Assembly: GCA_032718475.1 (NCBI GenBank)
Contig: JAUCBJ010002879.1
Location: 1-44,393 of the forward strand
DNA from: Nemertoderma westbladi
Lineage: Eukaryota > Animalia > Xenacoelomorpha
Direction of reading: 5' to 3'
Length of the DNA stretch: 44,393 bases
The notes below the pieces were generated by a model, which made no database searches, was not told the DNA's origin, and saw only the letters and a program-made list of their open reading frames with translations. A program made the position numbers and the translations under genes. Below are positions 12,356 to 24,551 of the stretch, in pieces; the stretch's first letter is position 1, and every line of letters starts with the position of its first letter.

Positions 12356-14114
12356 CACTAGTTATTTCGTATATATAATTAGAATATAGTGTTGAATAAA
12401 ACTATTGGTCAAAATTAGCTATTGGGGTTTTCCTGGTTGCAGAATTCATTTCGAGTGTCAATTTCAACATTTGATGACTTCCAAATTGTCTGTTTGGCTG
12501 CCAGGCAGTCGGTTATATTTTGACAGGCAGACACTGACAGGCATACAGACAGAACCGACAAGGTCAAATTTTATTAATGACATCAGAAATGAAGTCACCG
12601 ACCAGGAAAACCCATACAGGGAATTTTTAGACAGATAGTATGCTTTTTATTGACGGACAGACCGACAGTAAATCGGACAGATAGCACAGACAGATCTTGC
12701 CAAACGGTTTTCAAATTTGGAATCTTGATAAAAATCTGCTCTAAATTAAATGGAAACAATTTTGCAAAAAATCAAGAAGAAATAAAAAGAAGTAGCGCTA
12801 CCTTAAATCACTCAAGGGCCCAAATCACTCTTCTGCAAATCTTAATGATATCACATGGAATTTTCTTAGGTGTTTCAGGTTGAAAGAAATTTTCTTAATT
12901 TCTTAGGTGGGCTATAAGTTTATTTTCACTTTTAATCATTTCCCAACAAGCGTTTAAAAAAGTGTCACCGGTCGATATTGTACCATTTACACCGCAGTTA
13001 TTCTTCAACCTTATATTGATTTGTTGCTACCGATGTGATTCTGGCTAAGTTGCCCTTGCGATGATAAGCTGAACATAAGCGAACATGTGCGTGAACTCGC
13101 GAACGTGCAGACTAAGTAGGTCATATACAGCAACGGCACAAGTTTGATGCTAATTAATGAGTTAGGGATTGTACAGTACATACTCGATAACTCCTCGATC
13201 CACAATGCTATACAATTGCACCATTTACAACAATAATTGCGTTTCTTTAATTAAAGACCTAAACTGAGTCGCCATATTATGAGCAACCATCGACCGACAT
13301 CGCATAGCTCGCAGTGCACTTCCCTTGTATATAAGTAGTGAGACCAGCCGCGTCCCGCGACGCTGTTGTGTTAAGTTAGTTATTATTGCAAACCTGTTAC
13401 AGTAGTACAGTAGTAGTACTGTTACAGTAGTAACTCGCACTGCCTCATTATCTGAAGCAGCCAAGCAAAAACATTGATTAATGTTTATCCAATCGATTTC
13501 AAACTCTCTTTTTTGCCTCTTTCAGTGACAATAGTGGACCAGATTTCAGTCAGCCGTAGAACTCAAGCGAAATCAATAATGTTATCGAATAAATCGTTGA
13601 GAGGCAGCCATATGCTCTAGGGTCTAGTGAAGTGACACGATCACTGGTCAATAATTACTAAAATCAATGTGGCATTATTAAATTATTGTTATTAACGTAG
13701 CTCGCAAAGGTTTTAATTAACGATTTATAACAAGACAAATATAATTTTAATGCATTCACAAAATTTATATAAGAACACGAAGTGCTTCACTCTGTAGTGT
13801 TTGCCATGCTTTTGTAAAACGCGGATTGCAGCGAAATCCTGGAATCCTGTTTCTGGTCCCGTAAGAAGCAATGATGGATCCCATCCCAGTAGGGAAATCC
13901 ATATAAAACTTCTAGCAATTAGATGGATCGTTGGCGGATTACTACAGACAGACGTCACACATGCATTCATCGTCACAACTACAGAATGCAACTATTGCGT
14001 AGTGGTGATGTTGGCGAATGGCGAATGTAGAGGATGTAGTTAGTTGTAATACATAAGTTTTGCAGGTTTGAAGGTTCTGCAATCTGTATTTTTATAATTC
14101 TATTGCTTTTTCAG

Positions 14115-14687
14115 GCTGCACGCAGCGCCAATGGTAAAGGTCATTACTGGGCGATTCACCCGGCCTGCAAAGAAGATTTTAAGAAAGGCGACTTCCGCAG
14201 GAGGAGGGCACAGCGTAAAGTCCGCAGACATATGGGTCTATCGGTACCCGATGACGAGGATGATGACTCACCACCCCCTAGCAACCAATCACCATGGTTC
14301 AACGAAGACTGCCAAAAACCAACGAATCAGAATACGGAATCCGTAACGCCGAAACGGAAGAGTTTGAAACGTCGAGGTTTTGACATCGACAGCCTGCTAG
14401 CGCCCGACGACGAAAATGACGAGGAAGAGATTAATGTTGAGGATGAAGAACCGAGGGATGGTTACGAGACCATTAATCACGAATTGCTAACGAATAACCA
14501 TTCGAACTATTCCAAAAGACCAACGACCGCATTATCCCACTCACAATTACTCTCCCAGTTGCATTTTGCAGGACTCGGGGGCCCTCCGCCCAATAAGGTG
14601 TTAATATCCGGCAGTACAATCCCTTATAAACCCATACCAATGATAGTTAGCAATCCCAGTGCAATTGTTGAACTAAATTCCAACTAA
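14115..14687 (+). CDS. foxQ2: FoxQ2-class forkhead transcription factor, coding exon 2 (end of forkhead domain, basic tract, acidic tracts, EH1-like motif)
   Basis: Acceptor TTGCTTTTTCAG|GCT (AG 14113-14114), phase 0. It continues the domain as AARSANGKGHYWAIHPACKEDFKKGDFRRRRAQRKVRRH. FDIDSLL at 14379-14399; TAA at 14685-14687. Joined protein is 354 aa across a 2381-bp intron. Confidence 0.93.
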   Translation, partial: AARSANGKGHYWAIHPACKEDFKKGDFRRRRAQRKVRRHMGLSVPDDEDDDSPPPSNQSPWFNEDCQKPTNQNTESVTPKRKSLKRRGFDIDSLLAPDDENDEEEINVEDEEPRDGYETINHELLTNNHSNYSKRPTTALSHSQLLSQLHFAGLGGPPPNKVLISGSTIPYKPIPMIVSNPSAIVELNSN

Positions 14688-14859
14688 TTCTAATCAAATG
14701 GCAAGTCTTCGCTCGGAAATTATCTTTAATATGTTACTTTCTGGCCAAAGTAACCTGTAAACCATGTAAAATCGTAGTTGAGAGGTTGTTAGTAAATTAT
14801 TTAATGAGCAGTCAAAAACCGTTTAGTTATTAAGAAAAACAATGAAATATTTTAATATA

Positions 14860-14865
14860 AATAAA
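14860..14865 (+). terminator. Candidate polyadenylation signal of FoxQ2
   Basis: AATAAA about 170 bp after the stop codon; another at 15315-15320. The region is AT-rich, so chance matches are likely. Confidence 0.3.
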
Positions 14866-14898
14866 CCTATGCCGAAAAAGGCCATTCGAAAACCCAAT

Positions 14899-14970
14899 AA
14901 TTTGGTAAAATTGATTGCTTTTAATTTGGTAAAATTAATTGCTTTTAATTTGGTAAAATTAATTGCTTTT
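14899..14970. repeat. 24-bp tandem triplication downstream of the FoxQ2 stop
   Basis: AATTTGGTAAAATT(G/A)ATTGCTTTT x3. Confidence 0.9.
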
Positions 14971-15998
14971 CTATGTAGTAAAAATAATATTATTTATAGT
15001 AAATATCCTTGTTAACTTAACTGTAAACATACAGTGGGAGGGTGCAGGTTAATTATAGTGTACCTTCCAGCTACTGGGTTTACTTTAAGAATTAATTGTT
15101 GTATCATTGGCTTTATTAATGTGCTTTGTTTTACATTTCGTCTGCAACCAAGTATTTATTATTTATCTTCGAATTTAATGTTTAAAGCTTATTTGTCACT
15201 TCAAAACACAATCTGTAAGTGTGGTCGTTATCAATACTCACTCAGTAATGTGTATATTGTGTATGGCATGCTGGACATTTTCGATATCCATATATATTAG
15301 TTTTAGTTTAGATTAATAAATTAAAATTTTAGGTTAATTGTTTGCTTATAATTAATTTTAATTTAACAGTCCCAATATGTATTTGACTAATAATTAACTA
15401 TTTATGACACCTGCAAATTCTTTATCCTTTTCGAAAACCTAACATTTTAAAAGATTTATATAGCCAAAAAAAAATAATGAATAGTATATTTTCTAAGTTT
15501 CGACATTCCTTAATATTGTTAACGATATATTATTTCTATATAATATATATTATTTATTTATATTTGGCTGTATTACATTTTTTATCCTTTTCTGTAAGTT
15601 TAAATGTTATTAATTTTGTTTGATTCCCTGATCATTTTGTGGGAGTTAAGGGGGGGGGGGGGGGGGGGGGTGATGGTATCCACCGTCACAATAAATATAG
15701 TTTCTGTTGGAATTTGTTATCTTTTTCTAAAATTTATGCACATTTCTTGTGAACTTTTTTCTAAAGAACGTTACAGTATCAATTTGGTAACAATATAGAT
15801 AATTAATTAGGTGGGTTTGATGGTAATAGTTCAACGATATTATATTATTTACACGTCCAGTATAATAATGATACACATGGAGTTTTACACTTTTCTATCT
15901 TGGTAAATTAAAATAATTATTTAAATGTTAAATGTTCATTTTCGAAATTAGATCGCACTGAGAAAGAAACACGAATTACTCTCATAATGAATTGATTG

Positions 15999-18079
15999 AC
16001 CTTGAGTGGATTAGGGTATACCTTGCGTGGATTAGGGTATACCTTGCGTGGATTAGGGTATACCTTGAGTGGATTAGGGTATACCTTGCGTGGATTAGGG
16101 TATACCTTGCGTGGATTAGGGTATACCTTGCGTGGATTAGGGTATACCTTGCGTGGATTAGGGTATACCTTGCGTGGATTAGGGTATACCTTGCGTGGAT
16201 TAGGGTATACCTTGCGTGGATTAGGGTATACCTTGCGTGGATTAGGGTATACCTTGCGTGGATTAGGGTATACCTTGCGTGGATTAGGGTACACCTTGCG
16301 TGGATTAGGGTATACCTTGCGTGGATTAGGGTATACCTTGCGTGGATTAGGGTACACCTTGCGTGGATTAGGGTATACCTTGCGTGGATTAGGGTATACC
16401 TTGCGTGGATTAGGGTATATCTTGCGTGGATTAGGGTATACCTTGCGTGGATTAGGGTATACCTTGAGTGGATTAGGGTATACCTTGCGTGGATTAGGGT
16501 ATACCTTGCGTGGATTAGGGTATACCTTGCGTGGATTAGGGTATACCTTGCGTGGATTAGGGTATACCTTGCGTGGATTAGGGTATACCTTGCGTGGATT
16601 AGGGTATACCTTGCGTGGATTAGGGTATACCTTGCGTGGATTAGGGTATACCTTGAGTGGATTAGGGTATACCTTGCGTGGATTAGGGTATACCTTGCGT
16701 GGATTAGGGTATACCTTGCGTGGATTAGGGTATACCTTGCGTGGATTAGGGTATACCTTGCGTGGATTAGGGTATACCTTGCGTGGATTAGGGTATACCT
16801 TGCGTGGATTAGGGTATACCTTGCGTGGATTAGGGTATACCTTGCGTGGATTAGGGTATACCTTGCGTGGATTAGGGTATACCTTGCGTGGATTAGGGTA
16901 TACCTTGCGTGGATTAGGGTATACCTTGCGTGGATTAGGGTATACCTTGCGTGGATTAGGGTATACCTTGCGTGGATTAGGGTATACCTTGCGTGGATTA
17001 GGGTATACCTTGCGTGGATTAGGGTATACCTTGCGTGGATTAGGGTATACCTTGCGTGGATTAGGGTATACCTTGCGTGGATTAGGGTATACCTTGCGTG
17101 GATTAGGGTATACCTTGCGTGGATTAGGGTATACCTTGCGTGGATTAGGGTATACCTTGCGTGGATTAGGGTATACCTTGCGTGGATTAGGGTATACCTT
17201 GCGTGGATTAGGGTATACCTTGCGTGGATTAGGGTATACCTTGCGTGGATTAGGGTATACCTTGCGTGGATTAGGGTATACCTTGCGTGGATTAGGGTAT
17301 ACCTTGCGTGGATTAGGGTATACCTTGCGTGGATTAGGGTATACCTTGCGTGGATTAGGGTATACCTTGCGTGGATTAGGGTATACCTTGCGTGGATTAG
17401 GGTATACCTTGCGTGGATTAGGGTATACCTTGCGTGGATTAGGGTATACCTTGCGTGGATTAGGGTATACCTTGCGTGGATTAGGGTATACCTTGCGTGG
17501 ATTAGGGTATACCTTGCGTGGATTAGGGTATACCTTGCGTGGATTAGGGTATACCTTGCGTGGATTAGGGTATACCTTGCGTGGATTAGGGTATACCTTG
17601 CGTGGATTAGGGTATACCTTGCGTGGATTAGGGTATACCTTGCGTGGATTAGGGTATACCTTGCGTGGATTAGGGTATACCTTGCGTGGATTAGGGTATA
17701 CCTTGCGTGGATTAGGGTATACCTTGCGTGGATTAGGGTATACCTTGCGTGGATTAGGGTATACCTTGCGTGGATTAGGGTATACCTTGCGTGGATTAGG
17801 GTATACCTTGCGTGGATTAGGGTATACCTTGCGTGGATTAGGGTATACCTTGCGTGGATTAGGGTATGCCTTGCGTGGATTAGGGTATACCTTGCGTGGA
17901 TTAGGGTATACCTTGCGTGGATTAGGGTATACCTTGCGTGGATTAGGGTATACCTTGCGGATTAGGGTATACCTTGGTGGATTAGGGTATACCTTGCGTG
18001 GATTAGGGTATACCTTGCGTGGATTAGGGTATACCTTGCGTGGATTAGGGTATACCTTGCGTGGATTAGGGTATACCTT
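15999..18079. repeat. Highly homogeneous 21-bp tandem array (about 99 copies) with one TTAGGG per unit
   Basis: Unit ACCTTGCGTGGATTAGGGTAT; only a handful of variant units. Confidence 0.99.
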
Positions 18080-19837
18080 ATTTCCCTGGTGAGAATTACA
18101 GTAACATTAATTATAAAGTTATAAGAATAAAAGCTGTGTACCTCTAAACAACGACAAGCTACAAATATTATGTTGTATATTGGATTGGTGTTATATTATA
18201 TTATAGAACCTAGCTAACAAATTAAACCACTCTCACATTAAGAATACATTAGGATAAAAACACTGTATAATTCGGGCATAAATATAACAACTGAAATTTT
18301 AAAAAAGTCTAAATGAAATAATAATTTATTTTCATTCCAATGATACACAACCCCCTCAAGAAATTAATTGTATAGAGAATTTTTATAAATCTCGCGGACG
18401 GCATAATTACGTTATTCCTCCGAGGACAATTAATTGTTTTTTTTGTGTTTTTTTTTGTTTTACATGCTTCCGGTTAAACTCTTCCCACTTCCATACAAAG
18501 ACCAATCTGTGGTCTTCGTTATAAGCGTACAACACATCAAATACCTTTGTATATCTCCAACACATTAACCATTACGATTGCCAAAATAACCAGAAACAAT
18601 TCCACATTAATTGAGTAATAACGTATGTATGTATCTCTCTTTAATTATAAAAGGCAAAACGTACTGCGCGTACTGGGCCTATGACAATTCCATAAATAAA
18701 AGCCAGTCCGAGTCGCATATTAATCGTGTTATATTGATTATATTAATCTCGAAATTTACAGGGAACTTTTCATCTTATGTAGTCCTATAGGGTGGCCCCC
18801 GCTGCTATGTTATTTCTCGGCACAGCCAAGCTCCATCCAATTACAAAGAAAAACTTAAGACGAAAGTTCCAGGTTTGTTGTTCATGAGTGAGTGATGCTC
18901 TAGTGGTGCGTCTGTCTGTATGACAATAATTACCTCTCCAACCGTATTTTCAATCAACAATGGTGCCCCTTTAGAGTCTTCGTGGTACAAGTCAAGTCAA
19001 CGCCCCACTGAGTGAGTTAATCACTGTTGTCGAGCTAATTGCAGCCGAGTTTTGCCACCCTCTGATGGCCACGAATGGCTCGATGTTTGTTAAACCCGAT
19101 CCAAACATGTAATCATTGGAGGTAGCAGCCATTATGTCTTCCGTCGGACAGTCAGCCAGTCGTCGGCGGACACCGGTAAGCATACCGACTCACTGGGGCC
19201 GGGCCTACGCCATTCGGCAATCACCATGCATAACCTATTGTTGTGCATAAACCATTTTGTCGCGACTATAGAAAATGCTATGAATTTGTTTTTTGTTTGC
19301 ACGGCCTTGGGGGTAATGGTGTGGAAAACGGGATTGCACCGAGTGGACTGACTGTCTCTCTGTCCCCCAGGGCTGCCGCCTGGCAGTCTCATCTGCTCTC
19401 CATACCTGTAATTACTGGGTGGAATTGTATATTGTTGGGGTATTAGACCCGGTTCGCTAATTGGTTTTAATAAACACATAATTATAACAGCGTGACGAGC
19501 TATCATCGCATGCCAGTGTTATTATATACAAAATACTATTATATGCCATATAATGCCATGTCCATTGACAAACTGGTTGCTTTTCACACCACAGTGAACA
19601 CTCAAACCTTCCAAGATAAAGGATAAGGTCCACTACACTAATCCTCCTATGTATTTTACTATACAATGGAATTTCATTGTATTCATCGCATCCGCTACGT
19701 AATGCCATGGCCAAAATGGGTAATGGGAATTACCAATCTTGTGTCTAGGTCTACCAAGCTATTCATAGCGATAACATTTAATAAAAAAACTGTTAAAAGT
19801 TAAATTTTCTAAGGCTGTTAGGCCAGTCAAAAAACTT

Positions 19838-19921
19838 GCCGGGCCCGAAGCAGGGCTCGAACCTACGACCTCTGGAGAGGTGTGAATTCAAGGTAACGGA
19901 TTTATCCAGCACACCAAGGTC
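19838..19921 (-). mobile_element. tRNA-derived SINE head / tRNA pseudogene
   Basis: Minus strand has A-box-like TGGTGTGCTGG and B-box GGTTCGAGCCC (19863-19853). No convincing cloverleaf. Confidence 0.5.
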
Positions 19922-21746
19922 CAAGGTGTAACATAAAAGAAACTTACTCAAAGTTTACGTCAATTAGACTTGTTACAAAAAGGAGTAATCTATATAACCG
20001 AAATATATAACCGTAGATTACGCCTACCTAAATTAATACAATAGAATAAGTGTATTAATAGAATATCGTATTACAGCAGGGTTAACTTATACAAAGAATA
20101 TTCAAACATGTCTAGTAAGATAAATTGCAATTTTGACTAAAATAATTCCCTAATTGGAAGCCCAGGAATGTCACCACTAGACCAAGCTGCTGCAACTATA
20201 GTTAAAGGAAAGATAACATGCATGTTATTTTTATAGTAAATATGCTTTTTATACATAGATGATGACATTCCAGAGCAGAGTGAATGACTCATGTCTGCAT
20301 GTTGGCCTACTTCATTTAATAAATACATAAAAAAGGGGACACATAAAAAATATTCAGAACATAAATAATATTATGTTGTAGTTAGTTCTACAGTAGTCCG
20401 TTAAACAATTTTCGTTCACAGGGTAACTAACACGTTCCTGGGGCCTACACGCAGCACGAGGCTCAGTTATGAGATACAATTTAAAATTGAGAGATTCAAT
20501 CACAAAATCAGTATTTAAGAAATTTAACCAAACCGCAAAAAATCAAAGAAGAGAGGAAAGTTCCTCCCCTTCAACCCCCCTCTTAATCTGCATCACCACA
20601 ACCCAAAGGAGCACAGGGGATTGATGAAAGAGATGTATTAACCGAGAATTGGTATTTTAAAAGTAAGATATTTTATGCATGGAGACGACCCAATTTGTAA
20701 GAAATATTAAAACTTACCTTAAGCAGATGTAGTATTGATATTGAAATATCATTAAATTAACTTACCATTGGAATTCCTCAACAAAATTATTTAGTTAATT
20801 TACTCTAAAGAATTACCATTAAATACCCAAGGCAATCATAATGCGAAATAAACAATAAGCAACTGTCTTATTAGACTGGTTCCTTTCGCCGCCAGTCCTA
20901 TATATGAAATAACCACAGAGAACCCCCCCCCCCCCCCCCCCCCCCAGTCACATATTTCAGATGAGCTATTTTAATAGCGAGCATGCAATGGCATGGAGAT
21001 ATCTTAATAAGGGATAAGGGGTATCTTAATAACTTATTTACTTTTAGATCAATTAAAAACACATTTAATAAAGCAAATCACTTGAACTAATTAAAAATAT
21101 AATGGAATGGGGTATGGGGATTACAGCTGTATAATTTTTAAGTACAGTTATTTAAATCTTATAATAGAAACTAATTAATTTCCATGAAAGTACATACTGA
21201 AAATGTTTTTTTTTCTCCGCAATCAACTTAATTAACTAATTAACTGCTTTTAAATTAGTTTCTCGAAGGCTACATGCAAATTCAGCTGGGAGAATTGCTA
21301 AACGTTTGAGGGCCAGTCTACATGTGTACCTAGTTTTGTTGTTAGAGTTCATCAAGAATTGATCAAAATGATTTTAACCCTGCCTCGCCATGTGAACTGC
21401 TGCAGTTTGACATCCATGTGCGCACCACGAGCCACCAAGTCCCTAATGTACTACCTACTAATGTTCCGACGGTTGCAATGATAGACACATGTCTGTGTTG
21501 GTATGGAACAGTGAACAGTGTGTGTATAGTAAGGATCGCATCCTATGTTCTCTGTAAAGCGCTAACAACCTGACATTATACCGACCCTAACTATACTGCT
21601 CTGACGTATGTAGTTCAGGACCCAGGCCCAACAATGCCAACCTTATACACAAACAAAGCCCTCAAAATACAGCAACAATGTAGCAAAAATTGACAGGATA
21701 ACAAAGACTTGATTTAGGGACCCCAGATGATTGTTGAATGGAGTGT

Positions 21747-22051
21747 TCAGAATCCGCTATTGTTGGCGGTAATAGGAACGCCAAATAACCCCATTTGTGA
21801 GAATGTTTGATCCCAGGGTGTCGTAGCCATTGGAGCACGCTGAGCCTGCTGACCTACAGGCATTGTTGGTGACCTTCTTGTAGACAACATGCTGATATAT
21901 CTGCGAGCACATTTTGCCGCCACGAGTCTGTTTCCTTCAAAAAGAATCCGCCTAGGTCGTTCTATATGACATATTGAAGTTGTTTGGATAATTAGCCGGC
22001 GGTTATTACCATTGTTAATACAATTGTAAGCGGGTAATTGGAACTTTGGCG
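21747..22051 (-). CDS. Possible orphan terminal exon (about 100 codons, no recognisable family)
   Basis: Strong acceptor CTGTCTGTCTCTTTTCAG|CG followed by an open frame to TGA in a GC-richer island. No securely linked upstream exon. Confidence 0.25.
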
Positions 22052-22147
22052 CTGAAAAGAGACAGACAGCCATTTGTTGGTTGGGTGATTATAAATTGTT
22101 TTTATTTATTGGACTTATAGTTTGCTGCTTGTGTGGTCCACAACATT

Positions 22148-22215
22148 CACTGGCGGATCCAGGGGGGGGGGGGGGGGGGGGGGCGGCCGGGGGGCTAAAT
22201 GCCCCCACCCCCTAG
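22148..22215. mobile_element. Isolated hAT-MITE-like terminus
   Basis: CACTGGCGGATCCA followed by G22 and a GGGGGC...GCCCCC hairpin. No partner end found. Confidence 0.4.
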
Positions 22216-22998
22216 AATTTTAACAGCAAGTGGGGTAAATGTTAGACGTAGCTGCTTCCTCAGCCGCTCTTTCTCAGTGAGGATGCTTTCATTCTCTGCG
22301 CGGGTACGTCTAGAGAGCGCCAGCGTATAGAACGCACACATCAAACGACGCATCCCTCTGCGTTTCCCACACACCCCGAACCAGCAAATCCGTCCTCACC
22401 CCTGCATCACCAAGAAATCAACCCTCCCGAAGAACAACCTCCGCCTTTACTGAGCTCCCTCCCCAAGCCATCGCACAAAGCTCTCCAACAACATACTTCA
22501 TCTCATCATCCCGCTACATACTAGAGCGCCCTTTTTAAAGTTTAGGGCAAGATCAACGGTGAAATTGGCACGTTGTGACGGCAGCTGGGGTGGGGTATTC
22601 CCAATAGAACAAAACAGGGTACATATCTATGTCAATAGAACAGGTTACATATTTATTATTCGGAGGAGTAGTTAGCTGTTACTTACATCGATTTTCCCTT
22701 GAGATGGATGAATTTTGATTTCGTCGAAAGAACCCCCCCCCCCCCCCCCCCCCCCCATCTGAAAAATAAGAAATGTAATATGTTGCCTCCCACAACCCGG
22801 ACTTGAGAATCGGATTGTCTGAACTACTGTAGATAGTTATGAAGCAGGGGAGGAGGGTCAGATTGATGCTGTAATTTATCGCTGTGTGACCAGACCATTA
22901 ATTAACACGTCTTTATCACTTTTGCGATAATAGTGGAAGCATATTAATAGACTAGAATGAATTCGTTGGTGAATTATTAGTCAAACATTATTAGTCAA

Positions 22999-23561
22999 AA
23001 GTAAGTATCAGTAAGTATATACAGTAAGTAAGTATCAGTAAGTATATACAGTAAGTAAGTATCAGTAAGTATATACAGTAAGTAAGTATCAGTAAGTATA
23101 TACAGTAAGTAAGTATCAGTAAGTATATGCAGTAAGTAAGAATCAGTAAGGTATATACAGTAAGTAAGTATCAGTAAGGTATAATACAGTAAGTAAGTAT
23201 CAGTAAGTATATACAGTAAGTATCAGTAAGTATATACAGTAAGTAAGTATCAGTAAGTATATACAGTAAGTAAGTATCAGTAAGTATATACAGTAAGTAA
23301 GTATCAGTAAGTATATACAGTAAGTAAGTATCAGTAAGTATATACAGTAAGTAAGTATCAGTAAGTATATACAGTAAGTAAGTATCAGTAAGTATATACA
23401 GTAAGTAAGTATCAGTAAGTATATACAGTAAGTAAGTATCAGTAAGTATATACAGTAAGTAAGTATCAGTAAGTATATACAGAAAGTAAGTATCAGTAAG
23501 TATATACAGTAAGTAAGTATCAGTAAGTATATACAGTAAGTATATACAGTAAGTAAGTATC
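22999..23561. repeat. 27-bp tandem array (about 21 copies)
   Basis: Unit AGTAAGTAAGTATCAGTAAGTATATAC. Confidence 0.98.
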
Positions 23562-23714
23562 CTGACGTGACTAAAAAATGAAGCAAATTAGGCAGTTCGG
23601 CAATATTTAGGTAACATAAACGTTTTTGAAATAAAACTATATTTTTTTATTAGCCTACACTGTAAATTATTTTAATAGTAAAATATTCTTACGGCCTTAC
23701 ATCTTAAATACTGA

Positions 23715-23771
23715 AAGGGGGCCCCAAATTTATGTTAGTCACGGGCCCCAATATGGCTTAATCCGGCCCTG
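23715..23771. mobile_element. Isolated hAT-MITE-like right terminus
   Basis: GGGGGCCCC...GGGCCCC...TAATCCGGCCCTG (reverse complement CAGGGCCGGATTA). No partner end found. Confidence 0.4.
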
Positions 23772-24551
23772 CCTACAAACGCTCATTAAAAATGCCGTAG
23801 GGAAGTAATCACTTAGTCAATATTACATTGATAATAATATAAAAAATACCCAGAGCAAATTTTAAATATTAATATACATACTATAGTCAATCCATTATTA
23901 ATATCATGATATTAATATCATAAATAATTCGTAATTTTAATATCCGTATTACTATAGATTGCGGTTGATCGACAGTCGACACGACAGGTTTCAGAGGATA
24001 TCCCAAACTCGCGGCGAGGTCCAACTGACTTACTCACTCAAAATACAACCACGGTTTGAACAGAATAAAGAGTTAATAGTTTCTACTTGTGATAATTCCA
24101 TATCTATTATGATATCGCAGTTGGGTTCCAAAGAAATAGACGACAAAATGTTTGCATATACAATACCTACCACTATTGCGGAATATTTTTGGCAGTTTGG
24201 ATGAACCGCATGAAACTAAGTAAGTACGGTGCATGCAGGCTGCATTTCTGTGATTCATCGTCCGTCAACAGCGCTCCAATGGGGCCAAAAGAAAACTTCC
24301 TCCTGTATGTCTCGAAGAGTTGAGTAACTATGCGAGGTTTTATACCGAGTGACGCCCAACTTGGACGGGTTATTGTAGATAATTCGAGCAATGGAGTCAA
24401 CTCAACGTCCTGTGGTCTGGGTCAACTCGACGTCCTGTGGTCTGGAACTTATAAAACGATCGGCGCCTTACGTCTTTTGTATTTATTGCATGTGGGGCAA
24501 ATAATATATTTTAAGTTCGTTTATCGTATTGGATTGGGCCCTAGGCATGGA

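Noticed and set aside
12329-12802. Kolobok-like TTAA element in the FoxQ2 intron (TTAAGG...CCTTAA with TAGCGCTA near both ends)
   Set aside because: The left TAGCGCT is explained by continued homology to the 37626 element, and the inverted match is too short.
15999-18079. True chromosome end
   Set aside because: Flanked on both sides by unique sequence and not a pure (TTAGGG)n tract.
15917-18092. 657-aa, 698-aa and 146-aa ORFs of heptad repeats (WIRVYLA / GLGYTLR / YPNPRKV)
   Set aside because: Artefacts of a 21-bp unit (a multiple of 3) lacking stops in several frames on both strands; no synonymous variation and no unique domain.
19838-19921. Functional tRNA gene (also considered for 35145-35210 and 21370-21445)
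   Set aside because: Only A/B-box-like motifs are present; no acceptor or anticodon stems could be built.
23200-23586. Hydrophobic (TYCIYLLIL)n membrane-protein-like ORF
   Set aside because: Translation of the 27-bp array.
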